From NCBI GenBank assembly GCA_963706955.1, contig CAVPOC010000006.1:192001-256000 (forward strand): a DNA stretch of 64,000 nt, written 5' to 3'. Below, piece by piece: positions 36,122-48,224 of the stretch; the first letter of the stretch is position 1, and each line of letters begins with the position of its first letter. The stretch is from an uncultured Verrucomicrobiae bacterium (GTDB taxonomy: Bacteria; Verrucomicrobiota; Verrucomicrobiia; Chthoniobacterales; Terrimicrobiaceae). The position numbers and the translations under genes were made by a program. Under the pieces are notes generated by a model. It saw nothing but the letters and a program-made list of their open reading frames with translations. It was not told the origin of the DNA and did not search any database.

Positions 36122-36481
36122 GTGAAATTTCGCCCTGTGATTCTCGCCAGTTTGGCGGCTCTGCTCATTTTCGATGCGGGCTGCGCGGTAAGTCCCGCTC
36201 CCAAGAAGGGCTATCCCCCGCTGGATGTCAGCGTGGAGCAAGCTGGCGTGCGTTTGCTGCGGCGGGGAATGACCGTTTGCTTGATACGGACTGATTTGCC
36301 CAACGTTGAAAGATGGGAAATTATCAATCGCAATACGGAAATCGTCATCAAGTCACGAGGCGACCGAGGACCCGCAGCCGTCGAATTGTTCGATACGCAA
36401 TCAGGGATTCTCAAAGGCAAAGTAATGGAACACGCTATTCCTGATGGGCAGCCCGCGTGGGCGGCGGGGTTTGAAAATTAG
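36122..36481 (+). CDS. Hypothetical exported protein/lipoprotein
   Basis: Basic-hydrophobic N-terminus ending AGC; 119 aa. Confidence 0.6.
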   Translation: MKFRPVILASLAALLIFDAGCAVSPAPKKGYPPLDVSVEQAGVRLLRRGMTVCLIRTDLPNVERWEIINRNTEIVIKSRGDRGPAAVELFDTQSGILKGKVMEHAIPDGQPAWAAGFEN

Positions 36482-36842
36482 AGCGAAGATGATTGTCGAA
36501 GCCTCGCCTCAGGTACTGAGTTCGGCGCTTTGCGGCTGACAACGAGGTGGACTGTGGATCAAGCGGCCGGTGAAATTTGCGAAGGTCCTCAAACGTGGTT
36601 GAGCTTGTGCCATGGCCGCGCAGGTCCGCTTCTGACAGCTTGAGAAGACTCCGCGAAGTAGCCGAGGCGATCGAAAATTGCATGGCTATCTCGATCGTCC
36701 CAAGCGGTTCAGATCGGGTGGAACTGGAGGACCGGAGTAGAGTCAAGAATTAGCACGAGCGCGGCCGGAAATGGTGAGTCTTCGTGCTAAAGTGGTCGTG
36801 ATCGTCTTGAAACGGTCAGACTTCCCGTCTATACGTTTTTGA

Positions 36843-38127
36843 ATGTCTGTGGACGTCGCTGGATTGGTTCAAAAGCTGCTGACCAAGCTGAGCAATTCGC
36901 GGGACTTCACGATTTCTGCTGCTCTGCACGCGGTTCTCATTGCGCTCTTTGGAGGCACAGTGCTGTATCGCGCGGTGCAGGAGCCGCCCGATTTTGAGGG
37001 GGAGTGGGGAGGGTTTGTGCAACCGAACGAGGTGGCGGCTCCTCCGGCGACGCAACAACCTCCGCCGCAAGAGACGACATTCAATGTGGCGGCGGTCCCC
37101 GCGGCGGTGAGTTCGTCGCAGATTAGCACGATCACGACGACAGCGGCAAATCCGTTGAACTTTGCCATGGATCCGATCATCACGGCGCCGATCACGACAA
37201 GTCCGACAGCGCCTTCCCAACCCGCGGTCGCGCCACCCGCCGTCGGGTGCCGGAATGGATGGGATGAGCACCGCGGTAGCGGCGCAGATCAAGGCATTCA
37301 CAGGAGGTTGGGGAAAGGGACAGGGAAGCGGGGTGGGGACTCGGTCGCGGGAGTTCGAATTCACGGCCTATATCGGCCAATACAGCGGGGGAAACTGGAA
37401 CTCGACAGTGCGCATCTCCGCCGGGAAGCAAATTGAAACCGGGAGTCTGCCAAACCTGCTCTACCTAATGAGCGCCTGGTCGAAGGATAAGATCAAGACC
37501 AACTATAAGAATGTTCAGGCGATCAAGCTGGACAGCGACGAAATTTTTTCAGTCAAGCCACCGTTCATCTTTCTTACCGGGACCCGGGATTTCAAATTGA
37601 CAGACAAGGAGGTGGAAAACCTTCAGAAATACGTGCGAATGGGCGGATGTATTTGGGGCGACAGCTCACTGCCAGGATTGCGGTCGCGCTTTGACATCGC
37701 CTTCAAGCGCGAGATGAAGCGCGTGATTCCCGATGTGGATAAGAATTTTGAGCCGCTGCCCGCAAACCATCCCATCTTCACGGAGGGTTATTTTGCCGAC
37801 ATCAAGGAGGTTCCGCCCGGCTTAAACTTTTACAAGGAACCGGTCTTTGCGATGAAGATCTACGGTGAAATTGCGATCTTGTACACCGCCAACGATTATG
37901 GCGACATGTGGCAGGTCGGTCTAAACCAACAGGGGCAAATCGACCTGAGGAAAGATGCGAACGATCGTTACGTCGCCATCAATCCGGACATTTATGATCG
38001 ACGAGATGTCTACCTGCGCAACATAGATCCGGCGGCTCTCTCGACGTGCTTTAAGTTTGGGACGAATGTCGTCATTCACCTGCTGACACGCTGGGAAAGC
38101 AAGGTGCGCACTGCGCCGACGCTGTAA
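36843..38127 (+). CDS. DUF4159-like protein with N-terminal TM anchor and Pro/Thr linker (frameshift near 37245)
   Basis: ISAALHAVL TM; PFIFLTG..DF.LTD.EVENL.KY...GG, LP.NHPIF, NDYGD.W, GTNVV. Confidence 0.75.
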
Positions 38128-38140
38128 TGCGATCCGTCTC

Positions 38141-38854
38141 TTATCCTCCCCAGCGCGCGCCGGGGCTGAGCTGAGGAATCCAGCCATTGGTCGGGCACTT
38201 GGCGTAGTCGGTCTTTCCGATGGCGCCGATCATTCTCTTGCCGGTAGCCTGTCGCCAGAACTTGCTCATGCTCTCGCCGGTGTGGCATCCCCAACTCTTT
38301 ACGACTGCGTTGTGAGCGAAAATGCCGCGACGAATTCTCTTCAACTCCTTCTCGTGCAGCCAGACCTTTGACCCGCTATCGATCTCGTTGCTGTAGTCGA
38401 ACATGAAGCACGCCTTGTTGGAGTGACCGTAAAAATCGAAGCTGCCGATCTTAACCCGACTACGCGGTTGCCCATTGTTGAGATAGTTTATCAGTTGCGA
38501 CGTGTCGCTGAAGAAAACGAGGTTGATGCCGTACTTGTTTCGCACGCTGACGATATTGCCAATCAAGTCTGCATGATCTTGACGTTGAGCGCGGCGGACA
38601 TAGCCCGGCTTATAGACCAGCCAGGTAATGCGCGCAGTCGGACCATGCTGCTGACGCAATTGCTCAATTCGGACACGCGCAGAGCGAATGAAGTTGCCCC
38701 ACCACCGGTCGTGCGGTTCTGCCTTGTAACGTTCCCACTCCACGAGGGAGGGTCCACCACTCAGGACAATGTATTCTCGCTGAGCCTCCTGGGCGAACGC
38801 GCTGGTCAAGGCCAGAGCGAGGATCACCGGCAGCATGGAGTAAGAAGGTCGCAT
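38141..38854 (-). CDS. Secreted hypothetical protein with possible His/Cys dyad
   Basis: Signal peptide ending AFA; FYGHS and SWGCHTG motifs. Confidence 0.7.
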   Translation of the reverse strand: MRPSYSMLPVILALALTSAFAQEAQREYIVLSGGPSLVEWERYKAEPHDRWWGNFIRSARVRIEQLRQQHGPTARITWLVYKPGYVRRAQRQDHADLIGNIVSVRNKYGINLVFFSDTSQLINYLNNGQPRSRVKIGSFDFYGHSNKACFMFDYSNEIDSGSKVWLHEKELKRIRRGIFAHNAVVKSWGCHTGESMSKFWRQATGKRMIGAIGKTDYAKCPTNGWIPQLSPGARWGG

Positions 38855-38937
38855 ATCAGTCGAGCATTCCTGGAACGCCATTTTCTGCAAGACGATTTCT
38901 CGCCAATTGTTGCTCTTAGACCGAATAAGCTCCGATC

Positions 38938-41342
38938 GTGCCGCTTGATTCGTCGGTCTTCGAAAAGCTGGGCGTATTTTATCTAGGGCGCTCTTACGAT
39001 CTGGCGACGCGGACTTCGAGCGACGTCCCTGTCCTCTACGACTCGCGCGATCTCGTCACTCATGCCGTCTGCGTGGGGATGACTGGCAGCGGGAAGACTG
39101 GTCTTTGTCTGGCCCTTCTTGAAGAAGCCGCCTTGGATGGAATCCCTGCCATTATCGTGGATCCCAAGGGAGACCTCGGGAATCTGCTTCTCACCTTTCC
39201 CGAATTGCGCGGAGAGGATTTTCAGCCCTGGGTAAACGCCGAGGAAGCCCAGCGAAAAGGCTTGGAGCCCGCTGCCTACGCCGAGGAGCAAGCGAAAACG
39301 TGGCGTAAGGGCCTGGCCGCCTGGGGGCAAACGCCGGAGCGCATCCGGACATTGCGTGAGAAGGTGGAGATGGTCATCTATACCCCCGGCAGTAGCAGTG
39401 GCATTCCGGTCAATGTGCTCGCTTCATTCGAGGCACCGGCTTCTGACGATGCCGAAACGCGTGCCGAGCGCGCGCAAACCACGCGAGCAGCCTTCTTGGC
39501 CTACTCAAGCTCGACACCGATCCCCTGAAGAGCCGCGAGTACATTCTGCTCTCGGCACTCATATCGCACGAGTGGGAGCATGGTCGCGCTCTCGATCTGC
39601 CAACTCTGATCGAACGCATTCAGAATCCGCCGTTTTCCAAGGTCGGAGTTCTCGATTTGGAAACATTCTATCCGGCCAAGGATCGGTTTGCCTTCATCAT
39701 GGCGATCAACAACCTGCTCGCGGCGCCGTCGTTTGCCACTCTGGCGCCAGGGGGAATCCCTCGATGTAGCGAAGTTTCTTTACACGTCCGAAGGCAAGCC
39801 GCGATTGGCGATCTTTTCCATTGCTCATCTGGGTGACGAAGAGCGCATGTTCTTCGTGTCGCTGCTGCTCAATGAAGTTGTGTCCTGGACGCGCGCTCAA
39901 TCCGGCACCACCAGCCTGCGGGCCATCGTCTACATGGATGAGATCTTTGGATATCTTCCTCCAACAGCAAACCCGCCTTCGAAGCTTCCACTGCTGACGT
40001 TGCTCAAGCAGGCTCGCGCATTTGGTGTCGGTGTTGTGCTCGCCACGCAAAATCCGGTGGACCTTGACTACAAGGCGTTGTCGAATGCCGGCACGTGGTT
40101 TATCGGCCGACTACAAACGGAACGAGATAAGGCGCGCATGCTTGACGGCTTGCAAGGCGCGGCGGCGGGCCAAAAGGGATTCGATCGCGGCGCAATGGAG
40201 GCGCATGCTAGCAAGCTTGGGCAATCGCATCTTCCTGATGAACAACGTCCATGATGATGCTCCCATCGTCTTTGAGACGCGCTGGGTAATGAGCTATCTG
40301 CGTGGTCCCCTCACCAGGGATCAGATCAAAACGCTCATGACTAGCCGGAAACAGGCGACGCCTGTTGCTGCTGAAGTCTCACGCGCGAAATTCTCACTGG
40401 CGCGAAGCGTCCGGCGATACCACCCGGGATCAAGGAAGTCTTCTTTCCTTCTCGAGACGCGGGCCCAGTCATCTATCAGCCGCGGCTAATTGGCGCTGCG
40501 ACGATTCGATTCGTGGATGCGAAACTCGGTGTCGACCAGACCCGCGATGCCCTGCTGCAGGCGCCTTTTCCCGATGGCATTTCTGGTGCTCAGTGGGCCG
40601 AGAGTCTGCGATGTCGATCCGACTGAACTTGAAAAAGAACCCGCTGATCACGCGCAGTTTTCGGATCTTCCCAACGCCGCGTTGCAGCCAAAGAACTATG
40701 CCAATTGGCAGAAAGACTTTCTTCAAGGAGTTCTCGCGACGCAGCGACTGCGAATTTTCCGCTGTCCCTCCTTGAAGGCGGTCGCGAAGCCAGGGGAAAG
40801 CGAGGCCGAGTTTAGGGCCTCGATCGCGCTCGCCGCACGCGAGAGCCGCGATGCGGCGGTTGAAAGTCTGCGGAAGAAATACGCCCCCAAATTGGCCGCT
40901 TTGCAGGCTCGACTTGGACGTGCCGAGGCGGCGGTCGCCAAACAAAAAGAACAGGCCTCCCAGGCCCGGATTCAGACCGCGATTTCCGTAGGCTCAACTC
41001 TCCTGGGAGCGATTTTCGGTCGCAAAACTCTCAGTTCCGCGACCATTAGCAAGGCGGCGACGGCGGCACGTGGGGTCGGCCGAACCATTCAGGAAGGCTC
41101 GGAGGCCGCCACTGCCGAAGCAGAATGCAGAAGCCATCCGCAAGCAGATTGCCGAGATGGAAACCGAAGTCGAAGCCGAGAGCGCCGCCCTGGCCGCCAC
41201 CGAACCGAAGATTGAAGTGGTCGAAGTTAAGCCGACTCGGGCGGGGGTTTCGGTCCGTCTGATCGCCCTTGGGTGGATTCCGCAGACGCAAGTCCTAGAA
41301 CGCCGGCAGCAAGTAAAGGAATGTGCTGCCCCAGGGCCGTAG
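38938..41342 (+). CDS. HerA/DUF87-like P-loop ATPase with C-terminal coiled coil (several frameshifts)
   Basis: [53 protein letters not shown]. Confidence 0.85.
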
Positions 41343-41436
41343 CGCCAATGTCCCCACCGCCGAACAAATACCCTCGGCGATAAGCACACGCCGCCGCAGG
41401 TTGGCGCGTAGCGCCTGCGGGTGCGGCAACGCCGCT

Positions 41437-42112
41437 TTAATTTCTACGACCGAGTGTTTCGGCGGGACTAGCCAAATTCAGAATACGCCGGCATTCCTCG
41501 CAGTAGGCTTGCGGGTTTTCGGCCTGCAGAATGCCGGAAACGATGACCACTCGGCGGGCGCCTGCGGCGACTACTTCGCGAAGGTTGCCTAGATTGATTC
41601 CGCCGATGCAGAAGACCGGTATGCTGACCTCCTCTTGAACCCGACGGATTTCATCTATGCCGATGGGCGTGTAATCTGGCTTCGTGCGAGTCGCAAACAG
41701 AGGGCCGAAGCCGATATAGTCCGGCTGTTCCTGCAGGGCGGCCCGCGCCTGCGCCAGGCTGTGGGTGGACTTTCCGACGATCGCATCGTCGCCGGCAAGT
41801 TTCCGGGCCTCAGCGACGCTGAGGTCGTCCTGGCCGACGTGCGTTCCCTGCGCATGGCACTTCGGCACCAGATGCGGATGGTCGTTCACGATGAAGGGAG
41901 TTCCGCTTGCGCGACAAAGCGCTGACAATTCGCAGGCGAGAGGGAGGATCGTCTCGGGCGTTTGGTTCTTCGCGCGCAACTGCAGGACTTGAACTCCGCC
42001 GGCAACGAATGTCGCCAGCTACCTCGAGAGCCTCTCGCTCGCTGACATACGCGAGATCGAGGATCCCGTAGAGTTGCGCCTGATCAAGCGCGGGATGTCG
42101 CGCGCGGGGCAT
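41437..42112 (-). CDS. thiE: Thiamine phosphate synthase (frameshift near 42010)
   Basis: LYGILD, QLRAK, FIVND, HVGQDD, GKSTHS, GP.F.T.TKP, IGGI. Confidence 0.92.
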
Positions 42113-42160
42113 CGCAGACTTGTCCGATGGTTTGCCAGCCGTCGTCGGACTTCCTTTTCT

Positions 42161-43070
42161 CTACTTCCAAAGCGGAGTAGGGTAAGCGCCTTCGGAATGC
42201 AGCTCTTTGAGAGCCTGCATAACTTCAGGCTTGTCTTCGCGGTAGGTAACGCCGAACCAATCGGCATTTGTGGGCAGCACATCAAGCGTCGCCTGGCCTT
42301 CGGTGATCATCGCGCCAATCGCCTCCGGAATATAGCACTCGGCTTTCGGATCAGTGGAATTGGCGCTCAGGAACGCGACGAGCTGCTCTTCGATCAAAGG
42401 GAAAGCCGCCGGCGTAAGGCCCCAGAAGTTCATCGAGACCGGCTCGTCTCCGCGAAACTTTTGGACCCTCCCATCAGGATTCTTCTGGATGATCTCACTG
42501 CCGACCTTCTCAATTCCGGTGCACTCGCTGATCGACATCAGTCTGCTATGGGAGTCAACCCGGCAGACACCGCGCGCAACCGAGCCATGTTCGGAGAGAG
42601 TGTGATCAAGTCTATAGCCGGCCATCGCGAAGTTCGCCTTCTCTGGTTTGGCGGCACGCAAGAAACGGCCAATTACTTCATAGGTTTCGCGTCCATAAAA
42701 ATCGTCAGCATTGATGGCGGCGAAAGGTTCGGCAAGTAGCTTCCCGCGCGCACCAAACCGCATGAGCCGTTCCCCACGGCTTCTTTCGATCTGACGGGAC
42801 CGAAAATCCTCGCGGCAGAAGATCGAGTTGCTGAAAGACGTAATCCACCGGCACATTGCCCTTGTAGCGCGATCCGACTCGTTCCCGAAATTCTGCCTCG
42901 ATGTCTCGCCGAATAATAAAGACGACACGATCAAAGCCAGCTCGCAAAGCGTCGAAGACCGAGTAGTCGAGAAGAGTCTCACCTGAAGGACCCATCGGAT
43001 CGACTTGTTTCAATCCGCCATAGCGACTGCCCATTCCGGCGGCAAGGACGAGGAGAGTTTGCTTAGGCAT
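42161..43070 (-). CDS. Nucleotidyltransferase family protein (frameshift near 42740)
   Basis: LAAGMGSRYGGLKQ, KPWGTAHA, INADDFYG, WFGVTY.ED. Confidence 0.88.
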
Positions 43071-43164
43071 GCGCCAGTGTTGTGGATAAGCCCTGATCAA
43101 TCAAGCTCTGAGCGAACCCAAAGCGTCGCCCTTAGAGGTTTAGCTTAAGACCTGTTACTCCGTG

Positions 43165-44835
43165 TCAAGCGGCACCATTCAGTAGCGCGCGTGCGTGCTC
43201 GACAGCGGACTTTGACTTGCCTCCCAGCATTCTGGCGATTTCTTGCTCTCGCGATCTGCCGCTCGCCTCCAGCAGCAGCGCTCGTGTCCGCCCGTCCATG
43301 ACTTGCTTGGTAACCACAAACTGCCGTGATGCCGCGGCGGCCACCTGCGGAAGATGCGTGATACAAAGGACCTGGCGTGATCGCCCAAGTGTCCGCATTT
43401 TCGTGGCAACTTTTGCGGCGATTTCGCCTCCGACATTCGCGTCAATTTCGTCGAAGACGAGAACCGGAACATCATCCTGGTCGGCCAGTGCGCTCTTGAG
43501 AGCGAGCATGACACGCGAGATCTCACCCGACGAGCCGATGGAGCGCAGCGGCCGAGGCGGCTCTCCAGGATTGGCGGAAAAGAGAAACTCAACCAGCTCA
43601 TTTCCGTGGGCGGACGGCGGGTCGAGTTTTTCCAGCGAAATGGAGAAGTCGGATCTGGCAAACCCCAGTTCCCGGAGACCAGCGCGCACCATCTCGGCGA
43701 GCTTCGCGGAGGCCCGAGCACGCAGTTCACTCAGCTCCCTTCCCTGGACATGCATCGTCTCCTTAGCAGCGGAAATCTCTTCATCAAGCGACTCGCGGCG
43801 GGCGGATCTGCCGACCAACTCGTTAAGTCTGCGACTGGCCTGCTCGCCAAAGCTGAGCACATCCGCAATGGAATTCCCATACTTGCGCTTGAGAGATTGG
43901 ATGGTATCGAGGCGGTCTTCAATTTCGGGAAGATCGATCGGGTTGTTCTCAAGAGCAGACGAATAGCTTTGCACCGCGCGCGCGAAGTCATCGACGGCTG
44001 CAAAGGAGGCTTGAAAAGCTTGTTCGATTTTCGTCGCTCCAGGATCAAGGCGAAGGAGCTCGCGCACGCTTCGCGAAAGGCTCTCCAGTTTGGCGATCAG
44101 CGAATCTTCCGAATCCGCAATTTGGGCTGCCAATTCCGTGCAGAGCTCCGTGATGCGCCGGGCACTCGTAGCAACTTTCTGCTTGGCAAGAAGGTTTTCT
44201 TCTTCACCGACTTGCAAACGGGCAGCTTCGATCTCGCCAACCTGATGCGTGAGGAGATCAACTTCGCGCAATGTGCTCTGTTCATCGCGAAGCATCGAGT
44301 TCTTTTCCTCTGTCAACCGCACGGCCGTGCTTCGAGCTTTTGCAAATTCTTCGCGAACGTTCTCACTTCCCGCAAAGCGATCGAGCAAGTCGGTCTGATG
44401 CTCGCGCGAAAATAAGCTTTGGTGATCATGAGGACCATGCAGGTCGACGAGGAAGTTCCCCAACGAGCGAAGCAATGCCAGTGTGCACGGGGATCCGTTG
44501 ACAAACTGCCTCGCGGGGGAATTAAGCGAAACGACTCGCTTGAGGAGCAGGCGACCGTCCTCACAGGGCTCCGCGCCGTGTCGATCCAGGAGGGTCGAAA
44601 TCCGCTCGTCGTCGGCGTTCTCAAAGACGGCCTCCACGCCACAGCTCTCCGCTCCCGTTCGAATCAAATCTTTGTCCGCTCGCTCACCGAGGACGAGCGT
44701 AAGTGCTCCAATCAGGATTGATTTGCCCGCACCGGTCTCGCCGGTGATGGCAAGAAATCCCGGCGCTGTTTCCCAGGTCATTTCTTCGACCAGTGCCAGG
44801 TTGCGGATGCGCAGCGAGGTGAGCGTTGCGGACAT
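43165..44835 (-). CDS. recN: DNA repair protein RecN
   Basis: TGETGAGKS, HGPHDHQ, SSGEISRVMLA, FDEID, ITHLPQVAA, EIARMLGG. Confidence 0.96.
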   Translation of the reverse strand: MSATLTSLRIRNLALVEEMTWETAPGFLAITGETGAGKSILIGALTLVLGERADKDLIRTGAESCGVEAVFENADDERISTLLDRHGAEPCEDGRLLLKRVVSLNSPARQFVNGSPCTLALLRSLGNFLVDLHGPHDHQSLFSREHQTDLLDRFAGSENVREEFAKARSTAVRLTEEKNSMLRDEQSTLREVDLLTHQVGEIEAARLQVGEEENLLAKQKVATSARRITELCTELAAQIADSEDSLIAKLESLSRSVRELLRLDPGATKIEQAFQASFAAVDDFARAVQSYSSALENNPIDLPEIEDRLDTIQSLKRKYGNSIADVLSFGEQASRRLNELVGRSARRESLDEEISAAKETMHVQGRELSELRARASAKLAEMVRAGLRELGFARSDFSISLEKLDPPSAHGNELVEFLFSANPGEPPRPLRSIGSSGEISRVMLALKSALADQDDVPVLVFDEIDANVGGEIAAKVATKMRTLGRSRQVLCITHLPQVAAAASRQFVVTKQVMDGRTRALLLEASGRSREQEIARMLGGKSKSAVEHARALLNGAA

Positions 44836-44863
44836 GTTCAGACTATGCCATGAAGGGGACGCA

Positions 44864-45646
44864 ATGCGGGAAGTAGAAATTACGTTTCTTGGCACGGGCA
44901 CATCGCATGGCGTTCCGGTGATCGGCTGCCAGTGTAATGTCTGCTCTTCCATCGATCCGCGTGATAAACGCCTGCGAAGCGCAATTCAACTGCGAACGCC
45001 CGAGATGGTCATCCAAGTGGATACTCCTCCCGACTTTCGGGCCCAATGTTTACGCGAGGCCGTCACTCGCATTGACGCGGTCATTTATACGCATTCGCAT
45101 ACGGACCATATCCTTGGTTTCGACGATTTACGCCGATTTTGCGAAATGGACGATAAGGCGATGCCTATCTATGCGACTGAGAGGACGTTGAACGACCTGC
45201 GACGCGTCTTTCAATACGCATTTCAAGCGGAGTTCCGCTTTATCGGTTACATCCGACCGGAGCCCGTTTGTATCAACGGCCCCTTCTGGCTCGGTAAAAC
45301 TGAAGTAATTCCCTTCGATTTGCCGCACGGCCGCACCACGACCAGTGGTTTGGTGTTCCGCCGCGATGGACGAATCATCTTGGCATATTTTACCGACTGC
45401 AAAAAGGTGACCAAGGAGGCTGAAGAAGCCGCCGGTGGTGCCGAGATCCTCGTCCTCGATGCTCTAAGGCATGCCACTCACATGACGCATATGTCGCTGA
45501 GTGAGGCCATGGAAACTTCGCGCCGCATAGCGCCTGTTCGCACCTACTTTACCCACATGTGTCACGATTTGGGACATGCCGAGACGGAGCTGCTTCTGCC
45601 AGAGAATGTTCGACTTGCTTACGATGGCCTGGTGCTTGCGATCTAA
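44864..45646 (+). CDS. MBL-fold metallo-hydrolase (PhnP-like)
   Basis: FLGTGTSHGVP.IGC.C.VC.S, THSHTDH, THMCH, AYDG. Confidence 0.92.
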   Translation: MREVEITFLGTGTSHGVPVIGCQCNVCSSIDPRDKRLRSAIQLRTPEMVIQVDTPPDFRAQCLREAVTRIDAVIYTHSHTDHILGFDDLRRFCEMDDKAMPIYATERTLNDLRRVFQYAFQAEFRFIGYIRPEPVCINGPFWLGKTEVIPFDLPHGRTTTSGLVFRRDGRIILAYFTDCKKVTKEAEEAAGGAEILVLDALRHATHMTHMSLSEAMETSRRIAPVRTYFTHMCHDLGHAETELLLPENVRLAYDGLVLAI

Positions 45647-45762
45647 CACTCGCCGTGACGAGGTGAACGGGCGTTCACGGGGAATTCGTCCTTCGTGGAA
45701 TGCGAAGCGGAATTTCTGGACGAGACTTTGAAGCAATTTGCCCGAACGATAGCTTTGCGCAG

Positions 45763-47085
45763 ATGACCTCAGTCTCAGAGTTCTCTTACGCGCGGCTCCA
45801 GGCACTCGCCAGGCGAGCATTCTTGGCCGAGAACGGGGCGCCTCGTCTTTCAGAATTGGAGATGCAAGCCAGGGTGTTCGCCGGGGAATTTGGCGTCTCC
45901 TGGCAGGGGGAGAGTGGTGAGAAAGTCGAAGTCGTTCACTTTGGGATTTGGAATCGCGAGCCCGGTCCGGATTTTTGCCGCGCTCTGGTCCTCATCGATG
46001 GTGAGAAATTTGCCGGAGACATTGAAATCGATCAGGACGCCAGGGATTGGGAAACCCATGGCCATTCTCAGAATCCGGCTTACGAAAACGTCGTCTTGCA
46101 TTTGTTCTTTCGCCGCGGGCAGCGGCGATTCTTTACAAGGACAGCACAAAACAAGGCGGTGACGCAGGTCTGTCTCACATTCAAGGTCGAGTCAAAATGC
46201 GCCGCCAGCAGACACGATGGGGTCCTCGACGAGGCGCGCGCGACAAAGTTGGTCGAAGCGGCGGCATCTTTCCGCCTTCGCCGCAAATGCGAAGTGTTCC
46301 AGCGTGCGGCGCGTCTCCGCGGCCATGAGGAGGCGCTTTTCGAAGCGGTTGCCGCCGCCATGGGCTTCAAAAATAATAAGATTCCGTTTCTGCTGGTGGC
46401 GCAGCGATCCAGCCTGGCGCGGGCGAAAATGGAAGACGGCGAGGCGCTCCTCTTCGGACTGGCCGGCTTTTTGAGCGCCGGCCATTTCGATCTGGGCGAC
46501 CGGGATGCCCGCGGCTATCTTAAACGTCTTTGGGAGCAGTGGTGGGCGGTTCGAGACCGAGAGCGTCGCCTCATCCTTCCTGAGCGCGCCTGGACCTATT
46601 CCGCTGTTCGGCCGGCGAATCATCCCCACCGTCGCATGGGCGCGCTCGCCGCCGCCGCCCGCTCCTTCGGCCCGATAAGAAGGGCCGTCGAGAAGGGAAA
46701 AGCTGCCGATTTCGCCGCTAGCATTTGCGTCGCTCGAGCATCCCTTTTGGGAGAAACATTCGAGCCTCGCCGGAGATCCTTTGGCGAAAGTGACCGCGCT
46801 CGTTGGTGACGACAGAGTGGTTGACCTTTCCATCAATGTTTTCCTACCGGCGCAGCCTTTCGAAGCTGCCTGGACGCATCTTTGTGCCACTGCCGGTCCC
46901 ACCCCAAATGGGAAGATCCTGCGATCATTGGAATGGCTTACCGGCCAGGCTCGGCCAGCGCATTTTACGATCGGCTATGTGCCAGCAGGGGCTGCTGCAG
47001 CTTGTGCGAGGATTTCCCGCATATGAGTTCTCTTGAAGTATGGCATAGCTTCACCCAGGCTTGGAAGCCGTCCGAAACTCCCTAA
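45763..47085 (+). CDS. DUF2851-like protein (frameshifts near the 3' end)
   Basis: G.WN.EPGPDF, GDIEI, W..HGH..NP.Y..VVLH, RPANHPHRR. Confidence 0.78.
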
Positions 47086-47132
47086 CTTCCGAGCGAGTTT
47101 GGCGATCAATAAGAAGCAAGTTTTGAGGACTA

Positions 47133-48218
47133 ATGGGTGACTCTTTTTCAGAGACAATGGAAAGCTTGTGCAAAGCTGCTGAAGCTTACGAGGCTTCCGA
47201 TCTGCTTCTCCATGAGGATCGTCCTCCGTTGCTGCGAATCTCCGGAAAGCTTAGGGTACTCGAGTCCGCTCCGCTCAACGGCGCGTTCTTCGATGCGCTC
47301 CGCCGAGCCTGCGGTGCCACCGAAGAGGCTAAGGATTATGATTCGAGTTTTACTTCCGCAGAAGGCATTCGGTTCCGGGTAAACTTGCTTCGACAGCTTG
47401 GTCGACACGCGGCCGTCCTCCGCAGGATTCGTAGCGATATTCCGGATCTGGAAACGCTTGGTCTCCCGGCAGAAGTTCTCCGTGAATGGATCGCGCGAAA
47501 ATCCGGACTTGTCCTAATCTGTGGGCCGACCGGTTCCGGCAAGAGCACCACGCTGGCATCCTGCCTGGAATGGATGAATCAAGCACTTTGCCGCCATATT
47601 GTCACCATCGAGGATCCGATCGAATACCTTTTCGCAAATAGACAATGTCTGTTCACCCAGCGCGAGGTGGGAATTGATACCCCCAGCTTTGCGGAGGGGT
47701 TGCGCCGCTCGCTCCGACAAAGTCCCGACGTAATTCTGGTGGGCGAGATTCGGGATGCGGAGACTGCCATGACTGCGGCGCAAGCTTCCGAGACGGGCCA
47801 TCTTGTCCTCTCGACGCTGCATTCCTCGAGCTGCACGGATGCGATCGAACGGTTGCAATTCCTTTTTCCCGCCCCATCGCGCGACGGCGTTCGTCGAACG
47901 CTCGCCGGACAGCTCCTCGGAATTCTCTGTCAGCGCCTCTTGCCCGCGATTAGTGGTGGAATGATGGTGGCCGCCGAATATTTTTCCAATATCGGGGCGA
48001 TGCGAAAATATATTGTCGATGGAAGCATGGCAGACCTGGCGGACGGAATCAACCGGTCTTCCGCCGAGAATGCCCGAAGCTTCATCAGCTCCATTTCTAA
48101 GCTTGTCATCGATCGGCTTGTCTCCGAGGAGGTGGCCACCGCCGCGGCGGACAATCCGCAGGAACTAAGTCGCGCGCTGCGCGGGATTAGTTCGTCTGCG
48201 CAAGCGACGCGGCGCTAA
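47133..48218 (+). CDS. PilT/PilU family ATPase
   Basis: ASDL, RFRVN, GPTGSGKSTTLA, TIEDPIE, QREVG.DT, GEIRD, ETGHLV.STLH. Confidence 0.92.
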   Translation: MGDSFSETMESLCKAAEAYEASDLLLHEDRPPLLRISGKLRVLESAPLNGAFFDALRRACGATEEAKDYDSSFTSAEGIRFRVNLLRQLGRHAAVLRRIRSDIPDLETLGLPAEVLREWIARKSGLVLICGPTGSGKSTTLASCLEWMNQALCRHIVTIEDPIEYLFANRQCLFTQREVGIDTPSFAEGLRRSLRQSPDVILVGEIRDAETAMTAAQASETGHLVLSTLHSSSCTDAIERLQFLFPAPSRDGVRRTLAGQLLGILCQRLLPAISGGMMVAAEYFSNIGAMRKYIVDGSMADLADGINRSSAENARSFISSISKLVIDRLVSEEVATAAADNPQELSRALRGISSSAQATRR

Positions 48219-48224
48219 TTTGCC

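Noticed and set aside
36435..36746. Minus-strand ORF between the lipoprotein and DUF4159-like genes
   Set aside because: No motifs, it overlaps the neighbouring gene end, and it has no clear start signal.
36750..36790. CIRCE-like inverted repeat TTAGCACGA-N23-TCGTGCTAA
   Set aside because: Inner bases and spacer differ from CIRCE (TTAGCACTC-N9-GAGTGCTAA), and it is not upstream of a chaperone gene.
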